From: the human T2T-CHM13v2.0 reference genome, Homo sapiens
DNA length: 64,000 nt
NCBI RefSeq assembly: GCF_009914755.1
Contig: NC_060926.1
Reading direction: 5' to 3' (one strand)
In this document: positions 1 through 13,984 of the stretch, one piece after another
Layout: each line of letters begins with the position of its first letter
Numbering within the stretch: the first letter of the stretch is position 1
Position numbers and translations under genes: made by a program
Notes under the pieces: model-generated
Told to the model about the DNA's origin: nothing
Seen by the model: the letters and a program-made list of their open reading frames with translations, nothing else
Databases searched by the model: none

Positions 1-1097
1 AGCAGGTCACAATCCATTTTGAATTTTGCTGTGTCCTGCAGAACTGATCTAAACACGCAGCGACTTCAGCTTCCCTTGCAATCCTTGTGCTTTGTCAGCT
101 CTTTGGGTGAGGGGTAGGAGGGGAGTTAGGTGGGCTGTGGCAGCACAGATGTGCCACAGTGACAAGTACTGGAGCTGGAGGGCCATTTACTCAGGGTAAG
201 GCTGTGTTTAAGTTGGCCCTGCTTCCCCAGAGAAACCTTGTGGTGCAATCATAAGACTGAAAACTCTGTCCCCTGAATGTCCCTCCTGAAACTCACCACG
301 TTACTGTCCCGCAAGCCAGAGAAATGTTTGTTTCTTGTTTGCTAACCCCTGTCTAGCTGTAGGGAAGCTGTGGGCAGTGTACATTTCTTCATAGACAGTG
401 TCTTACTGGAAGCTTGAAATTTCTGTGGGGACTGTTGCCAATATCATTCTCTAGTTGTGTGTGTGTGTGTTTTTAAATAATAGCCCCTTACATTTCCTTA
501 CCACACTTACTATTTCCAAGCAAATCTATAATCTCATTTGCAAAAGGTATTTACATAGTATGAATATTTAAATACTTATAATTGCATATTAATTTTGTTT
601 AACAGAATATGCAAATATTATTTTCCCCTCCTTTATTTCTCCCTTTTCTTTTTCTATAATGTGTTTTTCTTTTTGATCCAAGTTTTCTGACATACTTTTG
701 CACATGCATTGCCAACTTTATTTCAGTTGCACTAAAGAGTCTTGATCCTGAGAACCATTAGCTTTAAGGCTTTATCTTTCTATTGAAAAAATAATAACCC
801 ACTGTCTTTTGCCCATAATATTAATTTAGCCCTCATTTTTATCCTTCCCAAATATTAATGTTTAGTTTCCAAAAGCTTTCTGCCGTGATTTATTTACAGC
901 TTAGATGTGGCTTTGTCTTTTCTCAAAGAAGTTCTCATAAGCATTCTTTTCTGTGGTTAAATTTTATAAGGATCGATCTGTCTTTTCTGTCAAGAATACT
1001 TGATTGCTATGTAAATGAAACAAGAAGGTAGGAGCCCTGAGGTGAACATGGATCTCAGATACACTGTAAAAACACAAAACAAAACAAAAACCACAGG

Positions 1098-1207
1098 TTG
1101 GGCGACCAACTGTCTCAGTTGCTTGGGACTGTCCTGGTTTTAGTACTGAAAATCCCATATCTGGGGAAACCTCAGTGTCAAACCAACTGGAATGGTTGAT
1201 TACCCTA
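1098..1207. mobile_element. MER81-like hAT MITE
   Basis: ~110 bp with inverted ends ttgggcgaccaac...gttgattacccta and the internal gggactgtcctggttttagtactgaaa motif. Confidence 0.7.
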
Positions 1208-1665
1208 GCTCTTGGGGTGACCTCCATTGGGGTAACCTCCACAAGAAAGACAGAAGATGCAACTGACCAAGAGGCAAAGAGGAGATGCCTCCACTTTCTC
1301 TGGTTAAATCCTAAGGTGATTAAACAGCATCTACTACTTACTTCCCTGGTTTGTGCAGGGACTAGTTTGCTATCATTTCTTCCATTGTTTTTTCTAACCT
1401 CACCTCTCCTTTTATTTTATTTTCTTCACAATTTATCCCCATCATTTAGAAATCCTGCCTCTGTGTTTTGACCACAGCCGGCAGAACAGATCCCTAGAGG
1501 TAAACAAAGGAGAGTTTAGTAAGAAATTTCAATTTAGGGTAGAGGGAGTTGGAGATGGGAAACTGGGGAGGGGGTGGGGTAATGCATACACTGAATACAG
1601 GAAACCTCAGATCTATGCTTATTTTAGTCAATAACGTATGTGCTACATTCCACATTCTTACAAAC

Positions 1666-1963
1666 TTTTTTTTTTTTTTTTTTGAGACAGAGTCTCCCTC
1701 TGTCACCCAGGCTGGAGTGCAGTGGCATGATCTCGGCTCACTGCAACTTCTGTCTCCCAGGATCAAGGAATTCTCGTGCCTCAGCCTCTTGAGTAGCTGG
1801 GATTACAGGCACCCACCACCATGCCTGGCTAATTTTGGTATTTTTCATAGAGATGGGGTTTTGCCATGTTGGCCAGGCTGGTCTCGAATTCCTGACCTCA
1901 AGTGATCCGCCCGCCTCGGCTTCGCAAAGTGTTGGGATTACAGGCGTGAGCCACTGTTCCCAT
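1666..1963 (-). mobile_element. AluS
   Basis: Poly-T followed by a complete antisense Alu dimer. Confidence 0.95.
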
Positions 1964-1964
1964 C

Positions 1965-2190
1965 CTGAGTCCTACTTCTGATGCCGATCACAAGCCCCAA
2001 GTTATTTTGCCTGTGCTTCTCACTGAATGGCTGTAAATATGGGTTCCCACAGCTCACTCCTTGGGTTAGATTAATTTGCTAGAGCAACTCACAGAGCTCA
2101 GGGAAACATTCACTTTCACTGGTTTATCATAAAGAATATTACAAATGATACAGATGAAGAGATGCATAGAGTGAGATATGGAGAAAGGCT
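1965..2190 (-). mobile_element. MER21-like ERVL LTR fragment
   Basis: ttaatttgctagagcaactcacagagctcagggaaaca...gatacagatgaagagatgcatag resembles MER21. Confidence 0.6.
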
Positions 2191-2474
2191 ACAGAGAAAT
2201 TAATTATGGCTAGATTGTGAGATTTGTGAGAAAGAAATGAGTCTGGAGAGGACAGTTACATGTCTCTATGTGAATTTTTCTTTACAAAAATTACAAATGT
2301 ATGGTATAGATCTTTTCTAGAAGCCTATTGTTTTTATAATAAAAGTGGTTAAAGCAAATTTGAAAAGTATGGAAAAGTATAAAAACAAAAATATAAGGCA
2401 GCTAGGTTTCAAAACCAAGTGCCATTCCCTGTGCAGTTTATATAACAACCACCACCATAGCAGTGAACTTTGAT

Positions 2475-2675
2475 TTAGTGCTGACTGTGGGCCAGGCACT
2501 ATTCTAGAGGCTTTGTATTTAATAACCCATGTAGTCCTCAGGCAACCTCATGAGGTGGGTGGTCTCATGTTTCCTATGTTACAGATGAACGAACTGAGGT
2601 GCATAAAGGATGGGTTTCTTTTCCAAACACATGGCCGCTAAGGGGATCAATAGTGATCCAAACCCAGGCAACTGA
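2475..2675 (-). mobile_element. MIR
   Basis: gccaggcactattcta...ttacagatgaacgaactgagg MIR core. Confidence 0.7.
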
Positions 2676-3007
2676 ACACTACTTCCCATATCTTATAATA
2701 ATATACTATTGTATTAGACTTTCAAAACCTACTTTGGGCACCACATTTTCTGTACTAATATTTGGCACTGAAATACTCACAGGTTTAGATGGAAGATGAC
2801 ATGCAAAATATTAGGGGTGTTTGGTATTAACTTATAAAATATAGGAATTGTTCTTCAGATTTCTCATCAATGAAAATGATTATATTGTTCTATATGTCTC
2901 TATCTTTGGGGAAAGGAAACACTTCTAGTTATTAATTTTCCCAGTCCCATGGGCAGTTTACACACTGGTAACAAATGCCAGCACAGAACAAGACCAACTA
3001 TTGTTTT

Positions 3008-4414
3008 TAAGTTTTTATTTTGAAATAAGCTTAGACTTACAGAGGTGTAACAAAAACAGTACTGAGAGTTTACATATACCTTTCATCCAACTTCCCTAAT
3101 GTTAACATCTTACATAACCATGATACAATTATCAAAACTCAAAAATTGACATTGATACAGTACTATGAACTAAACTGCAGACTTTATTCAAATTTTACGT
3201 TTTTCCACTAATGTCCCTTTCCTGGTGGAAAGTCTATTGTCTTTGTCTGTTTGTGCTGCTAGAATAAAATAGCTGAGACCAGGTCATTTATAAACAACAG
3301 AAATTTATTTCTCACAGTTCTGGAGGCTGGGAAGTCCAATATCAAGGTGCCGGCAGATTCCGTGTCTGGTGAGGGCCTGTTTCTCATTGATGGTGACATC
3401 TAGGTGTCCTTACATGGCAGAAGGAACAGAAAGGGCAAAAGGAGACGAAGCGTGTGTCCTCACATGGTGGAATAGTGGAAGAGGGTGAACCCACTCCCTG
3501 AAGCCCTTATGTGAGGGCCCTAATCCCATCCATGAGAGCTGCATTCCTGTCAGTTTACCTCTTAAAGTCCCTACCTCTTAATACGATCACATTGGCCATT
3601 CAGTTTCAACATATGAATTTTGGGGGACACATTCAGAGCCTAATACCTATCCAGGATCTCTCATTGCACTTAGTTTTCTCCAAATGTGTGACGATTCCTC
3701 AGCCTTTCCTGGTCTTCCAGGATCTTCATACTTTTTGAACAGTCTGATCAGGTATTTTGTAGAATATCCCTCAATTTGGATTTACCTGATGTTTCCTCAT
3801 GGTAAGATTGAGATTTTGCATTTAAGAGAGAAATACTGCAGGGGTTATGCACCCTTCTCAATACATCGTATCAGTGGGTACATGATTCAATATATTTTAT
3901 TACTGGTGATGTTAGCCTTTACCACTCAGTTAAGGTGGCATCTGCTATGCTTCTCCATTGTATAGTAACTTTTTTTCCTTTATAAATAGTAAGTAATTTG
4001 TGGACAATATTTTGGGACTATGCAAATATTCTGTTCCTCTTCAAACTTTCACCCACTAATTTTAGCATTTATCAGTAGAACTTGCCTGCAGCAGTTATTA
4101 CTGGTGTTCAAATGGTGTTTTTCTATTTCCTTCATTCCTTCTATATTTATTCATTGGAATTATTCTGTAAGGGAGAGTTGTCTCTTCTCTCTGTTTATTT
4201 ATTTATTTTGTTATTTACTTATATCAGTATGGACTCATGGATATTTATTTGTTGTATAAGCTATAAACCAATACTATAGTTACGTATTTTGTTATATAAG
4301 TTCATCTAGTTTTGACCACTGGGAGCTCTTTTAGATTGGCTCTTGTCTCCTTTTGACATACCCACATTTTGTTTTTGGGCACTTCCTTATTTCTGGCACC
4401 CAAAGATGCTTTAG
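3008..4414 (-). mobile_element. Old L1M (L1MC-like) 3' fragment interrupted by an MLT1A LTR
   Basis: L1M 3'UTR-like sequence; flanking direct repeats ccaactattgtttt (2994-3007) and ccaactatggtttt (4415-4428). Confidence 0.65.
3238..3645 (-). mobile_element. MLT1A-family MaLR solo LTR
   Basis: aaatttatttctcacagttctggaggctgggaagtcc...tttcaacatatgaattttgggggacacattcag. Confidence 0.85.
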
Positions 4415-4429
4415 CCAACTATGGTTTTG

Positions 4430-5325
4430 TTTTTCTTTTAAATTATTGGACTTCACTTTTAGAGCAGTTTTAAGTTTCCAGCAAAAGTGAGCAAGAAGTA
4501 CACAGTTCCATACATGTCCTCAGTTTTCCCTATCATTAACATCTCGCATTGGTGTGATACATTTGTTACCATTGATGGGCTGATATTGATACATTATTAT
4601 TAAAGTCCATAGTTCGCATTAGGGCTCACTCTTTGTTTTGTACAGTTCTACTGGTCCTGACAAATGCATGATGTCATGTATCCACTGTTACAGTATTATA
4701 CAGAACAGTTTCACTGCCCTAAAAATCCCTTGTGCTCCCCCATTACTACACCCTCCCCTACCCCAAACCTCTAGCAAGCACTGATGTTTCTACCGTGTTT
4801 TTTTTTTTTTTACTGTGATTTTAAGTTTTGCTTTTTCCAGAATATTTATATAGTCAGAATCATACATAGGTACCCTTTACGGACTGTTTTTATTTTCACT
4901 TGGCAATATGCTTTTATGATTCTTCCAGCTTTTCGTGGCTTGATAGTTAATTTCTTTTTCTTGATGAATAATATTCCATTGTCCAGATGTACCACAGTTT
5001 ATTTACACATTCACCTATTGAAGGACATCTTGGTTGCTTCCAAGTTTGGGTAATTATTAATAAAGCTGCTATAGATGTTCATGTGCAGGTTTTTGTGTTG
5101 AGATAAGTTTTCAACTCATGTGGGTAAATATCTAGGAGTACAGTTGTTGACTGGTATGGTAAGACTATGTTTAGTTTTGTAAGAAACTGCCAAACTCTCT
5201 TCCAAAGTGGCTGTACCATTGTGCATTTCCAACAGCAATGAATGAGAGTTTCTGTTGCTTCACATCCTTATCAGCATTTGGTGATGTTAGTATTTTGAAG
5301 TTTAGCCATTCTAGTAGCTGTGTAG
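4430..5325 (-). mobile_element. L1MC-type 3' fragment
   Basis: ttttagagcagttttaagttt...cagtttcactgccctaaaaatccc...aagaaactgccaaactctcttccaaagtggctgtaccatt. Confidence 0.8.
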
Positions 5326-6119
5326 CAATTATGCTAGTTAACTGGTCAAATCTAATAGAGATGCTATCTAAAATGTGTTATAAAGAATGTGACTTGAGAG
5401 TTGGATTTCCAGAATTGGAGAAAGAGCCAAAGGAGAAGTAATGTTGAAAAAGAGGTTGGGGGCAAGTATCACCCCAGGATGGCAAGATCTACCTGAAAAC
5501 ACAAATAAAACTTGATTTTCAAATTTAAGGTCAAGACCAAGGAAAGGAAGTACACCAGTATTTTTTAGTATCTGGACATTTCTTTTCTTAATATAGTTAT
5601 GTTGGTTCATTTTTTTTTTGGTTTGGTGAAATTCTTCAAGTACTCTTTTCAAAAAAGATAAATGGATAGTATATTTTCTGAGCCCATGAATATCTGGGAA
5701 TGCCCTCAAGCAGAGAAGACAAGTCTGTCAGAGTGATGGAACATTGTACTTTTCTACCCAGTATCTTGGGTTTTTGGTTGAGGATGATTTTCTTTCCAGA
5801 CCTCTGTATTTTTAGTGTAAATATCATTTCAGCGTGTACACATACGCAGATCTGGTTAATTGTGATAACCTGTCCACAAATACTTATCAAAACTGTGGGC
5901 ATACACTCTAAATAGGGCCAATCATGGTCCTTGAATAAATTACCTGGATGGATTGTGAACTGTATGGATGTAGGGTTGGGCTGTCCGTGACGATTTTTCC
6001 TGTGATGTGAACAGGGTCCATCTATGGCAAGAGAGAATGAGGTTAACTTAAACAAAATAAAACAAACAAAAGACAGAAAGAAGTAGATCTGAGAGAGGCA
6101 GAGAAAAAGAGGTGTAAAC

Positions 6120-6178
6120 AGATAGAGATGATAGATAGACAGATAGAGAGATAGACAGATAGACAGATAAATAGATGG
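6120..6178. repeat. Degenerate (GATA/GACA)n tetranucleotide repeat
   Basis: gatagatagacagatagagagatagacagatagacagata. Confidence 0.85.
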
Positions 6179-8117
6179 AGGGAGAGAGAAAGAGAAAGTG
6201 AGAATGAGCCCTTGTGAATAGTTTGAGATCCTTAATCCAGCTGTGCTTGAAGTGTTACTTTTCGACTTCCCAATCATACAAGCCAATACATTTCCTTTTT
6301 TTAAAAAAAATTGTATGAGTGGTTTTTCTATGCTTTACAACTCAAAAAGGATAGAATTGGTATTAGGGGTAGGCCATGGCTAGAGACAGACTCTACAATG
6401 AAGAGTTGGTTAAGTGTGGCGCAGGATGGTGAGCACTCCTATACCCTGGGCAGGAAAGTTGCCATTCCTTGTCATGCTGTTCTGAAACATGTGGCCAAAT
6501 GGTCACCTGTTATTTCTTTGGACTCAGATCATGTGCCCACTGAGGCTAGAGCTTTAGGGGAATTGTCAAGAGTTCAGGATGTCTGCTTTTTGCATGTCTT
6601 TCAAGAAAAGAAAAAGCTTCGGTATGAATTGATCCCCCTGAAAGCAGGAAGGAAATAGTTTGTAACTTCATTAAGAGATGCCTTTCTCCCATTTGGATAT
6701 GAGCAGTAATCTTAGACTGAGATTGTTCAGATAATCCTGCACCTCTTGGAACTGCAAAAGCCAATATCCCTGCCCCAAGCTGAAGTTAGTGTTGGCAGAG
6801 GCTGGGAGGTGGGAGACACAGTGGGGGATGTGGTTGGGACACAGGAGGAATTTCAGAAATCTGGAAGACTGATCCTTTAAGTCCCTCCCCACTCTCCTGC
6901 TCTCCTGTGAAGAACTTGCTGGTGGTAAAGGTAATTCAGTCCATAGTAAACAGCCAGCCAATGGGATTCAGCCTGGGCATACAGCTAGATTAGTTCTACC
7001 TGAACATCTTACTTAAGAGTCATTTAGCTGAAGGCTCAGACCTGTTGCGAAGGGACAGATATGCAGAAGAGTCTGGTCCATAATCAAGGACATGACAAGA
7101 CAAGATTTTCTGGTGTGTTCATTCATAGAAGTAGGCTCCAACAGTAGCTGTCTGGAGTTTTACAGGTGCAGAATTGCCAGATAAATGCCAACCCCAAGGA
7201 GCTTGGGGTTGTTATGTTTCTAAGGCAACAATAACAAAAGTAAGAGGGATGCTAAAGGGCAGGACCTCTAGAAGGGACCCCCTCCTGGCATTTATTTCAG
7301 GCTCAGCTTTAAAGAATAACGAATTTGGGTGGTCTGCCCACAGAGCAAATCCTGGGGGCAGTCAGACTGGTTCCACTGTTAAGATGCAAATCCTTGCTAT
7401 GCCATTCTGCAGAGCATGGTACATGCAGTGATATATGTCATGTCACCCTTTCTAAATGGAGTTTTAATTGGAGATATCCTGTTTTCCCTTCTCTACTGTG
7501 TAATGAAAGTATAGGGGATTATTATGTTAATCATTTAAACTGCAGGTTGTTGGACCAAGAGGTACCATATCTGGATGTGAGAGCTGTGTGCATCACTGAG
7601 AGATCCTGGAAGTGGAGATGGGTTGCTGACTGTATGTGTTTCTGGGTTGTTTCATTTGGAGTAAGTGTGATTTGGGATATACATTAGTTGGACAAACATT
7701 AAGTCGAGGCACTTTTGAAATTAAATATGCAGAGATGTGTGTGAGTATGTGTTAAGCAGACATGGAGGGAAATGTATTAATAGTTGACATTTGCTCTTAT
7801 TGTCCATCCACCCTTTTTTCTGTGAAGGAACTGCCTCTCTCCCATCTCATTAGTTTCTTGTTGGACTGTTAATCACAGTGTATCCCCTGGCTGTAGGAGC
7901 ATTGAATGAGCCAGGCATGACCATTAATGGTCCAACCTCTTATTCATGGTGATGGGACATGTTCTGAGTACAGGTAACCAGAAGATTTTCATGAGATTAA
8001 AATCTCATGGATGCATGAATCTATCTTCCATTTGAAACACGAACTAAAACAATGTGGGCTGGAAATGGTTTCTTTGGCCGTGTTTCTTAGGATAGGGAAA
8101 GAGTGTACACGTGTTCA

Positions 8118-8218
8118 TTAAAACCTATTGAACATCACAGCTTAGCCCAGCCTACCTCAAACACGCTCAGAACACTTACATTAGCTAAACTACAGTTGGC
8201 AAAATCATCTGGCAACAC
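8118..8218. mobile_element. MER6-like TcMar-Tigger fragment
   Basis: cagcttagcccagcctacctcaaacacgctcagaacacttacattagc...ggcaaaatcatct. Confidence 0.65.
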
Positions 8219-8222
8219 GGTA

Positions 8223-8641
8223 TGGTTGACCCTTGAACAACACGGGTTTGAACTGCATGAGTCCACTTACATATGAATTTTCTTCCACCTCTGCCGCCCC
8301 TGAGACAACAAGACCAGCTCCTCCTCTTCCTCCTCTTCCTCCTCAGCTTATTCAATGTGAAGATGACAAGGATGAAGATATTTATGATGATACACTTCCA
8401 CTTAATGAATAGTAACTGTATCTTCTCTTCCTTATGATTTCTTAGTAAAATTTTGTTTCCTATAGATTATTGTAGGAATACAGCATATCATATATATAAC
8501 ATACAGAATGTATGTTAATTGATTACTTTTGTTATTGTAGGCTATTGGTAGTTAAGTTTTAGGGGAGTCAAAAGTTATATGTGGATTTTCAACTGCACAG
8601 GAGTCAGTGTCTCTAACCCTTGTGTTGTTCAAGGGTCAATG
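8223..8641. mobile_element. Tigger2a-like non-autonomous DNA transposon
   Basis: Terminal inverted repeats ttgacccttgaacaacac / gtgttgttcaagggtcaa, flanked by TA. Confidence 0.85.
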
Positions 8642-9669
8642 TACTTTAAGTGGGAGAGAATGAGACAAATATAGAAAGAAAGGCAGAGACAGGATGAAGC
8701 AAGATTGGTGGGGAGGAAGAGAGAGCAGGAGAATGACATTATTTGAGCCCCTGGATCCAGCTGTACCTAAACTTACATTGGAAGATTTGTGAGCCAATAT
8801 ATTCATTTATTTCCCCTAATGCCAGTTTGAACTGATTTTCCTTGTATTTGCAACTAAAAGAATCATAAGAGCTAGGTGTGAAATCTTGAACGACAACGTT
8901 TGCCCTCAAAATTCTGTACATTTTGCTTAATTTCCTTCTGACATATAATAATAGAAAGGAAAATTCTGAGAGCAGCCTGACTTTCCCTTCTTTATATGCA
9001 ATGTACTATTCCTGTCTGGATGCTTAAAGAGTTTTTTTATACTCATATTAAATCTCTTCCAAGAATGCACTTAGCTGCAGGTATTTTACACACATACACA
9101 CACACACAAAATCTGAAATATTGTAAGCTCTTTGAATCTGCATACTTGAGACATTTTTCAATTCATGATTTTTAAAACATTATGTCTTTGATTACGGTTT
9201 CCATTCCATTTGCTTTGGTTTCTTTTACCTATAATTCATAAGTTGGATCTTCATCCATTGAAGAAGGTATGAAAAATAATATTCTGATAGCTTCCAAAAG
9301 CAGTAGCTAGCCAGTAAAGGTCAACTATCCCTCTTCTGGGTTGAAACAGATCTGGCATTCTTATTCCAGGGAGCCAGATTGTTTAGAGAAATGAATGGTC
9401 TTTGTACCTTTTTTCAGATGGGCTGTCTTTCTGTTCAGGCAGAATAACACAAGGGGTTACAAACTGCACTCCTAGCACAGTTCCATTAGTATGGTGGTTT
9501 GCGAAAATGTCTGAGCTTTCAGAATGGTATGTTTTTATTTTTTCCCCCTTCATATTCATAGATGTTTTAAGAGAAATTTTAGAGGGACTGTGAAATGCTA
9601 TTTAAAGTTAGAAGTCTTCTGTTGACTTAAGAGCCAGCCAGCCAAAGTATCATGTAATTTGTGTTTTCA

Positions 9670-9950
9670 ACATTCACTTAATTAATCAACTCACAATCCA
9701 GCATTATTGAGCACCTTTTATGTGCCAGACCCTATGCTTACTAGGCTATAAAGTTGAGTAAGATGCTATTCTAATTCTTAAGGATCTAGCAATCTAGAGG
9801 GTAGACAGACGTGTGAAACATTCAATAACTTGGTGAGCTTATGATACACATAGTTCTCTGAGAGCAATTTGGGGAAGGCTTCACAGAGGAGGTGACAGAC
9901 ATCTGTATCACACTTTGTAGAATCAGCAGTTTACCAAATAGATGAGGAAG
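9670..9950 (-). mobile_element. L2 3' fragment
   Basis: cattcac...attattgagcaccttttatgtgccaga...ggaaggcttcacagaggaggtgaca. Confidence 0.65.
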
Positions 9951-10083
9951 TGGCATTGGTGTGTTATTCTATCATTGGTCTCTGTCCTTTCAATGGGAGT
10001 GTGATTGGGCTCAGTCTGCATACTGATGATTCTTTTCAAAATTTTACCCCACTGCTTTCAAATTTCAAAGTGTTTTCTTATGA

Positions 10084-10531
<448 letters not shown>

Positions 10532-11559
10532 TTATCTATTGCAACATATATTTATGTTAAGTTTGAAGAGAAATAATAACTTATATAAGCAGAGAATGTG
10601 AAAGTTTAAGGATAATCTAGTCTAATCTCTTAATCTCTACTACTATTTTATAGCTGGCAAAGTCACACTGCTGAGTAGGAACTAAGCAGGAATAATGGTA
10701 ATGATGATGAAGATTGAATAGTACCAGCAATTTGTAAGACTTTTTCACAAACATCATGGCATTTAATGTTCCCCCAAATCCTCGGAGCTTAATATTATTA
10801 TGATGCCCTCTTTACCAGTAAGGAAATTAAAGTTTAGCAATGTTAAAGTATTTGTTTGAAGATATTATCTTAAATCTCTGGACTTTCAGTCCAGCACTTT
10901 CTCTACTACTCAATTAAACTTCACTCTTTTTTGTTTGTGCAATTGAAATGTAGTTAAAAATACTTTCCAGACTAGGATTATCTTTTAAAAAAATTTATGA
11001 GAAAATACATACATGGTATTTAGCACCAATACTTGATTTCCTATATTCCTCATAGCCTGTATCAAAAGTATATCTTCCCATAATACACTGCTTTGTGTTA
11101 TTGTCTAGTTTGTGTTTACATGGTTTGTCTTGTCTGAGCAAAAACTTTTTCCCTGCTCAAAATCTAGTAAATTTTCTCTCTCACCCCTTCTTTGCAACTT
11201 CCCTTAAGTTCACCGCCTGCCTATGGCAGACTGCCAGATTTCATTTGTCATGCCGGTGGCTGTGGTTATCAGACATTGCAGCAGGATTTTGGCAAAAATC
11301 TCATAAATAGTGTGCAGCAATGTCAGCGGTCTCTGCTGCTAATACCTTCCTTCTCTTCCTTTTAAAATCATGCTTCGACGTCTTGTTTTATTGGCGGACC
11401 ATTTCACCTTTCTCACATGTGGCAGAGAAGCTCTTCTCATTTAGTAGAAGCAGATCCTGAACTTTTCATAGTCAAAGGTACTTCCCTTCTTCAGTAATTT
11501 CGTCTTGTTACTCCCTAAATCCCTTGCTCCTTTAGTTTCCATTAGGAACTCTTAACGGA

Positions 11560-11770
11560 GATGTGCAGTGTTGAATACTGGTCATAGGCTTCAGATTTAG
11601 GGTCCTGTCTTCAAATCCTGGCCCCATCACTGTCTGGTTGGGTCATCTTAGGCAAACTTCTCTGAGCCTCATCTGTAAAATGAGATCACGTTGTACATAC
11701 CTACCTGGTAGAATTGAGAAGATGGAATTAGAAGAGAAATTAAATTGCCTAGGATAGTGCTAGGCACATT
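11560..11770 (+). mobile_element. MIR
   Basis: ttcaaatcctggcccc...ggcaaacttctctgagcctcatctgtaaaatgag. Confidence 0.7.
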
Positions 11771-13929
11771 ATAATGGCTACTAGGAAAAAAATGTTAATT
11801 TCCACATGTACTATTCCTGTAAATAACTCTTCCGCTGAAGTTTCTCTTTGCTGCCATGCCAACCACTCAGTTGGAGGTCACAAAATCACCAATGCCCTCT
11901 CACTTTTGAAACATTCTAAGTCAGCTATTTTGTTTCTTTTTACTTAACTTGTATATTTCTTGAGCACCTTGATTCACCTATATCTCTTTTTAAACATTTT
12001 TGCTCATTCTTTTCCTGAAGAGTTTTTAGGACCTCCAACTCTCTGGCATTTTAGATTGGAGCAAATATTCCCTCTGGGCCATTCCTCTGACATTTTTAGT
12101 CATGTCCTAGTTTCATAGTAGTTTGCTAACTCCACATGTAGTCTGATAAACTAATTTCCAAAAAAAGTGAATTTTCAGTATGTTTGTGGAAAAATTGGTA
12201 TCTGTCACTTTACAGTGATATGTTCTGATAGTTCTATTGGCTCATTACTCATTTTTTCTAAGTTCTTAGAAAGAGCATTTTAATAAATATCGTGTTATTT
12301 ATTATTTTGTATTATTTATATTAACTCAAAGCCTGTGATTGATTACTTTTCATCTTATCTCCTTTAGTCGAGAGGCAGGCAAGATCCTCTTCCAGTCCTA
12401 ATGCTTGTTTCTATATTAGGGAAATGTACCATTTTGCAAATATTTATTGAAAACAACTATAAACAAATTCTAGGATTTAGGTACACAAATAAGGATTCAG
12501 GTAAATAAAATATTGTCGATCCTTTAAGGAACACACAATAAGTAAGTTGTCCCTCTCTCATGTCTTTATAAGATATTCATATCTTTTTATTTTTATATCA
12601 TGAACCTTGGCTTCCTACACAAATGAGCATATAGGCCTATCTCCTTGGAAGAATTCTCACCACCCAGGATTATTCTAGGGCCTACATTAAGGTGAAAAAA
12701 GAATTAGTTGGTTCCCAAAAGAAGTGGTTTGTCATTTGTGTGTAATATTTGCATGACCCTGTTTTGAAAAGATGTTTCATTTTGAGTTAAAACGCTGCGG
12801 TTACAAATGAGAGTGGACTAACTGCTTCATGTTTAGTGACCAGCATTACTATAGATTCCCTATTCCAGAAACATGCAGCCAGAAGTGAGCTGACAGCTAA
12901 ATGAAACAGAGATGAGGAAAAGAAGAATCCCAAAAAATCTTCTAAGACAGTAATAGCCCCCATCTGGAATTTCCTTCTCTTTTGCAGGAGCTATTGCAGT
13001 TAATTAGAGCGTGGCAGGACCAGAGGGAGCTCTGGTTTGCATGATGAGAGTTGATGGATACTCTAAATCTGCCCATGTTCGGGGAGACCTTTGAGTTAGG
13101 GCACGGAAAGGCCCCTGTCAAAATAGAAATGTTTAGTCATAGAATTTTATTGCTGCAAGAGATCGTACAGATCATTATACCACGGAGGCTCCCAAGCTTT
13201 TTCAAGTATAAGAATCTCTTTTCAACATCAACATTTTCTGGATTCTCACATAGTTGTACTAACTTATACCATCCATGGATTGAAAAGGTGTATAATGACA
13301 ATATGCTGCTATAAATTCAAGGATCATTTTATATAAATTTAAGCTTTATGAATTAGAACAGCAATTACACATATTTGAAAGAAATAGCTATTCCTATATT
13401 CCTACATGAGTGAGACATGATACGTATGGATTTGGAAATCTCGTGGATTTGGAGGCCCCTAGGGATTTGCACCTTGGGAAACCATGGATCTAATCCAATC
13501 TCATGTTTTAACAGATAAATTAAATATGGTTCATGGATATTAAGTGATCTTCCAAGACACAAATTGCTGGTGGCAGAGTCCAAGTCATTGACACCTTTTC
13601 CACTGTACCACAGCTGTCCTAAACTCTTCTGAAATTATTATTCATCTAGATCAGCAGAGAGAATTATCATAAATGTACTAGCTCAGAGAAAATTATGATG
13701 TACTTACCATACATGGGAGGACATCCTTTTATATTTAACAACAACAACAAAAAAAACCCTTTAAGTTAATTAGATTGTGAATAGAATTCTTGCATAACTT
13801 GTCCCAATTGACAATTAAATATTTCTTGAGGATTTCAAGGAGTCAGAGGCCTATGTTAGGTACTTTTTAAACAATAGAGTAAACGTGGAAAATACTGTAT
13901 TAAATCTCTGGTTATAGATAATAACCACT

Positions 13930-13943
13930 ACACACACTCACAC

Positions 13944-13983
<40 letters not shown>
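13930..13983. repeat. (CA)n microsatellite
   Basis: Interrupted then pure CA run. Confidence 0.95.

Positions 13984-13984
<1 letters not shown>

Larger units (their letters stand above)
5730..8870 (+). mobile_element. Ancient MLT1 (J/K-like) MaLR element, apparent LTR-internal-LTR
   Basis: Two diverged copies of the MLT1 LTR 3' end (atccagctgt...agccaata...caact.aaa at ~6230-6350 and ~8750-8865). Purine tract before TGT at 7773. Boundaries approximate. Confidence 0.55.

Noticed and set aside
5636-6286. 216-aa minus-strand ORF
   Set aside because: Runs through a GATA/GACA microsatellite and an LTR, giving repetitive hydrophobic translation
12970-12990. Strong-looking acceptor tttccttctcttttgcag
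   Set aside because: No convincing donor within a normal exon length; isolated acceptors are common
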